In this document: positions 23,013 through 32,267 of the stretch, piece by piece
Layout of the letters: each line of letters opens with the position of its first letter
Position numbering within the stretch: the stretch's first letter is position 1
Assembly: GCA_010015805.1 (NCBI GenBank)
Contig: ML978121.1
Coordinates: 124,001-188,000 of the forward strand
Source: Rhizodiscina lignyota
Taxonomy: Eukaryota
Direction of reading: 5' to 3'
DNA: 64,000 bases
Translations under genes and position numbers: made by a program
Notes under the pieces: model-generated
What the model saw: only the letters and a program-made list of their open reading frames with translations
The model's database searches: none
Told to the model about the DNA's origin: nothing

Positions 23013-23211
23013 ATGAAGTCCTTCATTGCTCTCTTCGTCGTTCTTCTCGGCGCGTCATTTGTTATGGCCAACCCTATCCCAAACCCAACCCCTGAAGACC
23101 TCGAGGTGAGTTCCCTAACCACAGTACACAATTTCCCTCTGAAGTTTAATCTCTGCATAGGAGGATATCCAGCAGCAGTGGTTCATCAAGAAGTACGGTG
23201 ACAAGGCATAG
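23013..23211 (+). CDS. Small secreted peptide, putative RiPP precursor (47 aa: MKSFIALFVVLLGASFVMA-NPIPNPTPEDLE-EDIQQQWFIKKYGDKA)
   Basis: Exon 1 23013-23105, phase-0 intron 23106-23160 (GTGAGT...CATAG), exon 2 23161-23211 ending in TAG. Clear signal peptide and acidic ED leader; lies among three HXXHC genes. The CDS is well supported; the precursor role is inferred. Confidence 0.75.
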
Positions 23212-23826
23212 ACGGGTTAGATATCCTCAAAGCTTGTCGTTTTACTCCCCCTCTGATGGAGACATACAGCTTTCAGAGGATATCATCAGGGCAGCATCAA
23301 AGGACAAAAGGCATTTCAAGCGTTAGATGACATTGACGCTCATTGGTGTGGTCTCAACGCCTGCCTAGGGTTGCGGAGGTTGCTGTATGTAGCATTTAAT
23401 GCGAAGCCAATCGTAGGCGCGGTCCGTGAAAAGAATTATCCGATCTGCGTAACTTCTCAGTGTGAAGGTGACAATGTAGTACGAGTGTTGAAATAGGAAG
23501 TGCCGATACGAATTACCTGAATGGACTTAATCCCAGAAGATAGAACCAATCATTCTGTCAAAGCTTTCGGTGCAACAGGTTTTGTGCTCGAAAGCACTAT
23601 GGTGCACACCAGCGTCACCATGCAAGTACTCTCTTCGATTCGGTTATTGGTATTTGCACGCTGGCTTAACCAGCGGTACTGGTAGCTTAGAAAGGGTAAT
23701 GAAGGAGGAGGTCGAAGTTCCGAGGGCTAACCAAATTAGGTGAGAGAGCTTACATGGTGCGTGACAGCCTTCTCGAGCGAAGTACCTGTCGCGCGAAAGC
23801 TACAGTACCACACTCTGCATATATTC

Positions 23827-24768
23827 TCATGTACAATGTTGTTCCACTATTGGATCCGTTTCATGCATATAAGATGCTCTTTGGGTCCACATTTTACGAT
23901 GCCTTCGGAATATGTGAATCGAGCAGATCAAAAGTGATCCTGCAAGCACTGCAAGTGCCCAATTGGCGGTAACAGCGAGCCCTGGACTTGGTGTAGCATG
24001 GACATCATGACTTGAACTGGGCGCGACTGCCTGGGTGAGCGTTGTTTCGGAAATGCCCCAGGGTCTGTATGGGCGAGATATCTGGGGGATAGTCGCCAGC
24101 TCTTGGTCCAGACTCGACTCCGCTGAAGCCCTCAGGTTCGCTTGGAGCGTGCCGTGAAAGTTGTGGGCCTCAATTCTGGCACTATCATCGAAGGAGCCCC
24201 CGAAATTCTGATCGGAATTGATAGCCCAGAGGATGGGCTGACTGTCAGACTCTGTATCGACAGTTTGAGGAGAAAAGTCGAGCAAGGCCCACGTGCTGCA
24301 GTTGTAACAGACCAGCTGAACTTCCAACACTTTAGCCGGAGCGGTGACGGATGCCTCATCGTCGAAATCGGAAAACTTTGCGCTCAGTATGTCGATCCGC
24401 GGAATCGAAAAGTAGCCCAAGGCAAACTTTGCCGAGGGATCCACCAGCGCATGCCCCATACCTGCACGTACAACTGTGGTAGCAATTTGAGAATGAGAAT
24501 ACGGGTCTCCGAAAATGACGAACATAAGCGATCCATGCATCTGAGGGCCGAGGCCGATACCGATCCAGCCTGCGGAGGAAGCGTTCAGGCGCTCTGTGAT
24601 GATCGTCGTGTATAGATCAACTGACGGAAATGCTGTTGTGTAATTCTTGAAGGTTGAAATTGCAAGGCAGAATGCATAATTTGCTGCTACATCTTCTTTG
24701 CAAAACTGCAATGGTTTCGAAAAGGCGGTAACGGTGAAGCAAAGGATCCATAGTAACCGAATCAACAT
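23827..24768 (-). CDS. Secreted/membrane-anchored cellobiose-dehydrogenase-type cytochrome (DOMON, heme b) domain protein
   Basis: Signal peptide from ATG 24768. GWIGIGLGPQMHGSLMFV (candidate Met heme ligand), CYNCSTW, QPILWA, IEAHNFHG (candidate His ligand); C-terminal hydrophobic segment WALAVLAGSLLICSIHIF followed by RRHRK. Confidence 0.82.
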   Translation of the reverse strand: MLIRLLWILCFTVTAFSKPLQFCKEDVAANYAFCLAISTFKNYTTAFPSVDLYTTIITERLNASSAGWIGIGLGPQMHGSLMFVIFGDPYSHSQIATTVVRAGMGHALVDPSAKFALGYFSIPRIDILSAKFSDFDDEASVTAPAKVLEVQLVCYNCSTWALLDFSPQTVDTESDSQPILWAINSDQNFGGSFDDSARIEAHNFHGTLQANLRASAESSLDQELATIPQISRPYRPWGISETTLTQAVAPSSSHDVHATPSPGLAVTANWALAVLAGSLLICSIHIFRRHRKMWTQRASYMHETDPIVEQHCT

Positions 24769-24986
24769 TTGGGGCAATGACGTGAAAAGGGAAGTGATAC
24801 AAACCGGCTTCAGGGAAATATGCTTAAATACGAAGCTCAGCTCGCCGACCTTGAAGATTAGTCACTAAAGTAAGACGACATACATAAGCGGCCCCTGGCT
24901 GCCTGGCATGGGTCGTTCCCCAGGTTCCCGATACGGTTATAGGTCATCTTCAGGATTCCGCAGCTACAGAAGACATGGGAAGCTAT

Positions 24987-26022
24987 CTACGGATGCAACT
25001 CGGTCACAATGTGATCTAAAGTCCAGGCATGGATGTCCCAGAAGTTCCGGCATTTGTGCATTGTCTTGAAATCCATGTGCGAGCCCCAATCCTCCTCTAC
25101 AGTATGAACCAGTACTGGCGTTACGTCCGCCGTGCACATCAGGTTCAGTCTTAGCGTATCAATACAATGATCTATTGGAGTACAGGAAGTCAGTAATCCA
25201 GACAGATCGAGCAGACATGGGACATACCCAAATGGTCGTGGAAGCCCTTTACGTGCTCTGGCTCAAACGTATCCTTATAGTAGCCAAAATAGTCAAAGAA
25301 CTCTTCCCGATAGATTCCAAGGCGAATATAATACTGTACACCGACATTGGGTCAGTAATACTTTTGTGTGCTTCCGAGGAAATAGCAAATACCCACAAGA
25401 CAATGCAACTGATGAAATACCTCCACTGCGCCTACAAGCTCATCGGGTCTGTCTTCTGCTACAGGCCTCCAACTTGCATTTGCTGCGATCCCTGGGGGAT
25501 TTTCTGGTTTACCGAGAGCAGCAAGTTTGTCTCGAGGAACTGAGATGCCGATGACTCCCATTTCACAATCAGCACCGGGAGAAACATTAAGATCTTTGAG
25601 ACTCACGAGCACCAGTTAGATGTCTCCACGCTGCTTCCGTCTCGTTGGTTGGTGGCCCTCTGTAGGGAGATGGATGTCCAAAATCGCCAGGAATATTGGA
25701 AGAGGAGTAACGAATAATATCGGCATCAAGAAGTGGAGCTGTGAAGTTGGTTAGCAAGAAGTTTGAAGTATCGTGAATATGTCGTACACCAAGGCGAAAG
25801 CTTGCGGGAGCATTCTTCATCTGTTGGTTGCGCTTGTTGTACCCATATGAGTCTCCACGATGAGGCTAGAAGCAACAGAAGTTGCAAGCCATAAACAGCA
25901 CAAGTCCACCTTGATGGCAGCGGCGACGCAAATATGCTCCATAAGGGCCTCCGCGATCTACTCGCGATTGAAAAGTCCGCGAGCCTGAGTTTCTCGCTCT
26001 GTACTTTGATGAAGCTCGCCAT
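24987..26022 (-). CDS. DUF3328 / UstYa-family oxidase (paralogue A, 5 exons)
   Basis: Manually spliced: TM segment, SPWSPLLDA, SPYRGPPTNETEAAW, VEVFHQLHCL, YYIRL, HLDHCIDTLRLNLMCTADVTP, DFKTMHKCRNFWDI; stop TAG at 24987-24989. Confidence 0.92.
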
Positions 26023-26432
26023 CAGGCTTGGCTGGGTTGAGAAGGTCCCATGTATCGGACTTTGCGAAGATGAGTGGAATTGAATTTTGGGTTGAATTTC
26101 GCTTGATGTCTGGGGTGATTTTAGCGCGGCCTTTTCTTCCGCAAACAAACAGAAAGGCAGGGTTCAGTCAGTTCGAAAGCATCGCCCTTCTTACTTGGAT
26201 CCGTCCTTACGTGAGACGCTTATCCACCTCGGAAGACTACCTGTTAGAAAGTACACAACGATCTAGCGATAGCGATGATGGCGGTTAGGATGTGGAGAAA
26301 TTTGGAATCCTTAGATGCAGGTGCGGACATGCGGACTGCAGAGAGATTTAAAATCTTCCTAAGCAGGGAATTGTGCCATTCTGGTCCGGGCCGCTTAATC
26401 GACATTGAAAGAGGGAATTTCCGTCACGCAAA

Positions 26433-27421
26433 CTACCTGATAGCGATATGATTGAACACCCATTCGCGGATATCCCAGAAGTTTCTGCATGTGTGTTTCG
26501 TATCGAAGTCTGGAGTCACTCCGCCCCAAGCTTCGGCATCATTGATTAACAGCACAGGTGTGACATCAGAGACGCACATCAGGTTGATCCTGATGATCTC
26601 GACGCAGTGATCTGTACTTCTGTCTTAGTCGTGCACCGGACCGGTTGGAGATAGCTGATGAACTTACCAAGATGCATTTTCTTCATTTTCTCGTCAAGCT
26701 CTGGCTCTTCCTGTATTGGCCACTCGTGAAAGCGTTCGAAGTACTCATCCCGGTAAAAGTGGAGTCTCAGAGTGCTCTAGATCAGCTCATCAGCGATTCA
26801 AATGGGGCCAAGAAAGGACATGAAACTTGCAAGGCAGTGGAGTTGGTGGAACATTTCAGTCAGTCCCGCAACTGAGTCCGGTCTTGATTCGGTGGGGGCT
26901 TCTCTCCAGTCGCCCTCTCTTGACTTATTCAAAAGGTCTAGCTTGTTTCGGGGAATGGCAATTGAAGGGTCTAAGGAAACGTGTTAGTCTTCAAGGTGCT
27001 ATGTTGGTAGAACAAGACCATACTGTCCCAAATGTCCTTCCAAGCGGCCTCCGTCTCTGGAGTTGGAGGCCCACTCCATTTTGAATCCGCGGGGAACGGA
27101 TTGGAGATGACGGCGCTTTCGTATTTGATGATTCCGGAGTCGATGATCGGGGCTATATCTGTTAAAACTGTATAAACTGAGGACACTGCACAACGTACAG
27201 TACGGTGATAATTGTCTTGCGCATTGTGTGTCCGTTGGCTGGTGGAGAAAAGAGATGAGGAGTAGTAGTAGTGATATCGACAGTAGGCCACTTTGCGATG
27301 TCCAGAACGGCCAGTATGCCCATCGAGAATTCGTAGCGTTTGATATCTCCCCGCTCAAGAAGCCAGTATTTTCAGGCACTTCCTCAAGGTCATCGCGGGC
27401 GGTGTCCGATGATGAGTTCAT
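26433..27421 (-). CDS. DUF3328 / UstYa-family oxidase (paralogue B, 5 exons, one GC-AG intron)
   Basis: Manually spliced: TM segment, SPYSPIIDS, WSGPPTPETEAAW, EMFHQLHCL, STLRL, HLDHCVEIIRINLMCVSDVTP, DFDTKHTCRNFWDIREW; stop TAG at 26433-26435. Confidence 0.92.
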
Positions 27422-27871
27422 TGTTAACGTCTGTATGTTCAATAAACTCGGAAGAGCAATTGTGAAAGTGATTGTTGGAGAAAAGTCAGGCTGAGTCGAA
27501 GTCGACATTATCCGCGTGCTGGGACTTTATCATGATGGAAAGACTTGCTATGTCAGCATAAGCAGTGCAACGTGATATCCCACGGCAAGTGACTTGGTGC
27601 GCCGTAAAATATCGTCGTATCAGCTCTCAGAGTGTCTAGGCGTATTAGATCGAAACTATGCCAACGAGATGATAGCTTGAGGATCGCTTCACAGAGCGAA
27701 AAGGCACGGCTCTTGATGAACAAAAGCCATGCAATCGAACTTATAATCTCAGTCTATTACATGAATGGCCAGGTGGCTATAATTGCAATTGTATTCCGTA
27801 ACGTTGCGTGAACGACAGCGCATGGAAAGTTCCCGTTGTCTCGGTAGCGACCCGCGGAGTGGGCAGACAAA

Positions 27872-28056
27872 GTGGGTGACAAAATAGTTGAGTCGAGGCT
27901 GTAATATATCGAACCGCGAGGATGTATATCCTCGTCAGTAAATATAGGTTGTATATACTAAAGCTACACGATTTTCATAAATATACTCCAGTATTTGTGT
28001 AATCGTGGTTTTAGAGATGCTCTCGCATGTCTGGGCTCAACTATTTTGTCACCCGC
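27872..28056 (-). mobile_element. MITE family A, copy with intact TIRs
   Basis: Perfect 19-bp inverted repeat GGGTGACAAAATAGTTGAG (27874-27892) / CTCAACTATTTTGTCACCC (28036-28054). Interior resembles the reverse complement of the 9.6-kb and 12.8-kb copies, with an internal deletion. Confidence 0.8.
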
Positions 28057-29035
28057 GTGGCAGACATAAGTGCACTTTCCCTGAGCGCGGAATGCATATT
28101 CTAGGCTTGTATTTAATGTCAGCGAGCGTACCAAATGAATGTCGAGTTTTGACGCAGAATGTTTGAGCTTTTGCAAAAAAGTGGAAGAGATTGGGATCCG
28201 TCAAGCCGTCGCCGTGGGATATCCTATTGCGCCGATCGTTCGGGTGAATTCCGCTCTGCTCTCCCGCTTCGTGTTTTAGAAGAGTACAGGTGGCATTATA
28301 CAACAAGATAAGAACTGTTCTTTGGCGCTATTCACGCCATATGCCAAACATCTGCTGCTTTGCTGTTTCCCTTCCTTTATCGGGGTCCTGAATCTGTGCA
28401 GAAATTAAAAAAGCTGCGGCATTCACCGTCACCCACTAAGATTTTACATAACTATTGTACTCAAAAGGTAATTAGTGAGTTCCGTACTCTTTTTCTTCGA
28501 TCAAGCTCACACTATAAAACAATTCATTGAGGTGTCCAGTTTATCTTGTTCTGTTTAGTCCGAACCACACACAGAATTCCACAAAGTTCCGCAACTGGTC
28601 TCCTTCCGTGTACGTAGCTTATACTAGATGCAGAGGCATGATGCAGGCGAAACTTGCGCAAAGGGGGAGGGCCACAACATGGAGCTGGACGCTCAACGCT
28701 AGAAGAAGATTCATTCATTTAACGGCAGTAATACACGGTTCTCCTCCCACATTATTGAATACCATAGCTCAATTTGCGCCATTTTTGACAAGACACAGCC
28801 TCAATCTGGCGTTTCATCAATTGAAAGTCAGAATGTTAGAAAAAATGAGGTACACCATACCATTCAGTCAGTGCTAATTTGTCCTAGCGCCGGAAGGGTC
28901 TCTTTCCTCCAGTTGGCGAACAGCGAACCTTTCAGTTTCTCACAGCCCAAAGTAAGAAGCGCCAACGGTACCAAGTGTTTGCATTTACTCTAAGAATGCA
29001 ACTGATGCTACTAACTTCAGTCCCTCTGTAATCAG

Positions 29036-30808
29036 TTATCCCCCCTGTCTTATCACTCGTACTTGATCATTATCATTCCCACTGTCACTCCGACAATCAT
29101 CAACCTGGCAAAAGCAGCTTTGGGCCACCCACTTCATAGCTCTCTCCACTTTGCATTGCCAACATCTGTCGCCTTGTTTCACACTCACGCTAATTCTCCC
29201 AATAGTGACCTCGCGGCCAGGTGAGGCTCGCGCTTCAGGGAGCACGTGAGGGCAGCGATGCCGGTGGCTGTGTTCAAACAAATTTTGCTCACGGTGAGCT
29301 TGGCCATGCTCAGGAGCACCATCTAGTGAATGTTGTTCTGTATGATAACTGCTCCGGTGCCGCCGAAAGGAGCCAGGATGTTCAGATGCGTTCTGAGGTT
29401 GGAGCTGAATCGGCTGAACGATGCCTGCTCGCTCTGCAAGTGGGAGAAGGATGGGCAATGCAGCTGAAGTGATCCTAGTAACTTGCATACCTGGTTGCTC
29501 TTCACCTGCCTCCCAGTGGACATGGCGGCCCTGGGGTCTTGTGTCGTTGTACTCTGCTGTCCTGAATACCATTCTTGATGCCTCTGTGTTGGCCTCGATT
29601 GGGCTCGTCTCATTCGATACATTTCCCAGAGATTCTGCTATCGCGGTATCTGCTGTAAACTCCTCTCCTTCCGTGACACTTAATGATCCCCTAGGGATTG
29701 GATATGTGTCGTTTTGCGTCGCCGGTCGCGCCACAGGGGCATTGTATAACGGGTGATTACTACCCTCGAAGCTGAACGTCCCTTGGCCACTTCTTGGAGG
29801 CTGCCAATATGCCCTCCCAACCCGAGGCGGTACTGTTGCTGTACGCCGAGGTTGGTTGGCAAGCGCCGGCAGGAATGGGCCATCGTTCGGATCATAAAAG
29901 AAGCCTCGTACTGCGCGGCCAAGACGCCTCGCCGAGGACTCGTCCTCGAAGACTATATGCAGATCTCCCGCACTCGCGCGGCGTGAGGAATATCGATGGC
30001 TTCCTGCGGATCGCAAGTTTGTGAGGCTGAAGCGCCTCGGTGAGGCCTGCTGTTGCACTTCAGCGGGCGTAAGGTCGCCAGGCCATCGTGGCTTTCCCGG
30101 AGGAGTTTTCAATCGTTCATAGGGCGGATAACTGGGTTTCAATGGCTGGCCGTATGCCTTTCCTTTGTTAAAGTCTGAGTAGATTGTTGATTCCGAGCCA
30201 TTTGCCTCGCTTCCATCTTGGAATATCTTGCGAAACTCTCGTATAGCCGCTTCGTCAAGGCTGAGTGATATCCGATGTCTACCAGCATCTACGGGCGGCT
30301 TGGTCGTGTGGACATAATTTGAACTTGCATCAACATGGACAGGAGTGAATCGCCTCTTTGCCGAAATGTCCGATATCTGGCGCCGGAGCGACAAGGAGGA
30401 CCTTTGTTCGATGATGGTCGTCAAAGGTGTACCATCCGGTCGATTATTGAATCGAACCTCCACGAGTGCCACATTGTTCGGCGCACGCGGACGACCTGGA
30501 GGTGGATCCACTGGAGGCACAGCCCTCTTCCTCTTCCGGCCCCAGCCCCGCCCCTGTCTCCGCCCAGCTTCATTCTCTCCGACTATGGCTCTTTTGTCGT
30601 CTTCATCGACGGATCGGCAAACTGAGGCGTCGTACACCGAGCTCTGGTCACTGCTTGGGGTGGCTTCGGAAGAACTTATTTTGGGATATAGTGTATATCG
30701 CCCGAACGGCCTTTGTTTCAAGTCGGCATCTTGCTGAGATGTAGATGCCTCGGGCGGACTACGAGAATTGCTTCGATCGTTGAGCTGTGCTATCTTATTT
30801 TGAGGCAT
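29036..30808 (-). CDS. Hypothetical disordered R/S/P-rich protein with a Cys-rich C-terminus
   Basis: About 590-aa ORF from first ATG 30808; motifs PLTTIIEQRS and CWQCK...SCFC. No recognisable domain. Confidence 0.65.
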   Translation of the reverse strand: MPQNKIAQLNDRSNSRSPPEASTSQQDADLKQRPFGRYTLYPKISSSEATPSSDQSSVYDASVCRSVDEDDKRAIVGENEAGRRQGRGWGRKRKRAVPPVDPPPGRPRAPNNVALVEVRFNNRPDGTPLTTIIEQRSSLSLRRQISDISAKRRFTPVHVDASSNYVHTTKPPVDAGRHRISLSLDEAAIREFRKIFQDGSEANGSESTIYSDFNKGKAYGQPLKPSYPPYERLKTPPGKPRWPGDLTPAEVQQQASPRRFSLTNLRSAGSHRYSSRRASAGDLHIVFEDESSARRLGRAVRGFFYDPNDGPFLPALANQPRRTATVPPRVGRAYWQPPRSGQGTFSFEGSNHPLYNAPVARPATQNDTYPIPRGSLSVTEGEEFTADTAIAESLGNVSNETSPIEANTEASRMVFRTAEYNDTRPQGRHVHWEAGEEQPGMQVTRITSAALPILLPLAERAGIVQPIQLQPQNASEHPGSFRRHRSSYHTEQHSLDGAPEHGQAHREQNLFEHSHRHRCPHVLPEARASPGREVTIGRISVSVKQGDRCWQCKVERAMKWVAQSCFCQVDDCRSDSGNDNDQVRVIRQGG

Positions 30809-32267
30809 TTGTGACGAAGGAGATGTACGCAATGAGCATGGAAGAGTGTGAGGAAAAGCGAATATAGAGAAGTGTACAATGAAGCAAGAATGACACTTAG
30901 CTCGTGTGTCGTCTTTGCTTCGGGTAGCTGCGATGAAGTTGTTCTCGAAGCGACTTGTCCATTACGCTATTACGTATCGCACTTGCTCTTAACAGCACCC
31001 ATCAATTAACCTGTGCTGCAGCAGATTAGTCCTTAAGGTTAGTTTAATAGTGCTTCAGAGAGCATTCATCCCGCTAAGCCTCACCAGAACCAGAACGTGG
31101 ACCTTAATAAGGATAAATCTCTCAAGAACTCTCGAGGACGTCAAGGAAGAAGTCTAGAGTCCCAAAGAGGAATGTGTTTCTGGAGAGGCTGCAATCCCAA
31201 CGGTAAGGCGTATCATGCAGGTCGATCAGGCCGCCAGTACGGTCGACGCCACCTGAAGAGTTGCCAGGAAACAGTCGGACTGGCCGTTGCTTCGGAGAGT
31301 TGATGTCCTAGCAAGCGTCCTAGTTGCTCTGGTGTTACATTTAGAGCTGGTAGTCGGAAATAACGAAGGACGTGCAGGATTGGAATTGCACCGAGCACAA
31401 TAGCCGCCGCCTCATGGAACAAGGCGCAGAGACAGAGAGAGGGTTGTGGCGGCGGTAGGCTCTCCAAGGCTTCACCTCGCAATCGTTCCTCGTGAGACGT
31501 AGTTATGTTCCGAGCAATTGGCCTCCTCGTCAGTTCGTCACAGTGCGAGAGTCGAGGGTTTTCTATTTCGAGGGAGCGTGGGCGGCCAAAGCGGGCAGAT
31601 CTCCAAAGCTTGCGCCACCGCCATGAAACATCACCACCGAGTCGGAAGAACCGGGCATAAGCCAGCATCCGCATCACTCTCTCCTCTAATTTCAATTGCT
31701 CCATGATGGAATCCCAACTAACCGCATTTCTACATTCGGTACAGCAACCGCTTGCCATGAGGCGTCGAAACAACCCAGATCGAGTTGGCCTCGTTCGATC
31801 GGCGTGTAAGTTTCGAGAAACGCTCTGCCAAGTGCCAGATGCAAAGGATCTGCATGGCTGGAGGACAGTGCCCCGTTCGGGTCGAAAGCAAGGCCATGAG
31901 GCATCACAGCCTCGCTCAGGATCGTCTCCTTTGTGTTCCTGGCTTGGAGTCTACCACGTCTAGAGGGAAGGGAACAAGCTGCGAGCATGTGGGCCGCCGA
32001 CCTTCGCTGACGCCTCATATACGGCCGCCGAGTACTTTATGTGGAGTGATCCGCAAACTGGGTCCGATTCGGTCATTGACGATTTCTTTGCATGGACTTC
32101 ATTTATTCCACTTTCTTGTTGTACATACGACATTCCTTCCTTTCCCAGTTCATTCGCTCTTCCCACGGTAACGGCTCTTTAACTCGCAGCCTCAGCGCTC
32201 CGAGGGACCTTCTCCGCATATCGTGAATTTCAGCTCTTAATGCGAGGATAAAGGAAATACCATCAAC

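Noticed and set aside
23007..23201. 64-aa unspliced ORF from the track (…EVSSLTTVHNFPLKF…)
   Set aside because: Reads through a canonical GTGAGT…CATAG intron; the spliced 47-aa model is more plausible.
25175..27508. Fragmented ORFs suggesting DUF3328 pseudogenes, and plus-strand ORFs in the same region
   Set aside because: Splicing restores two complete minus-strand reading frames; plus-strand ORFs are antisense shadows.
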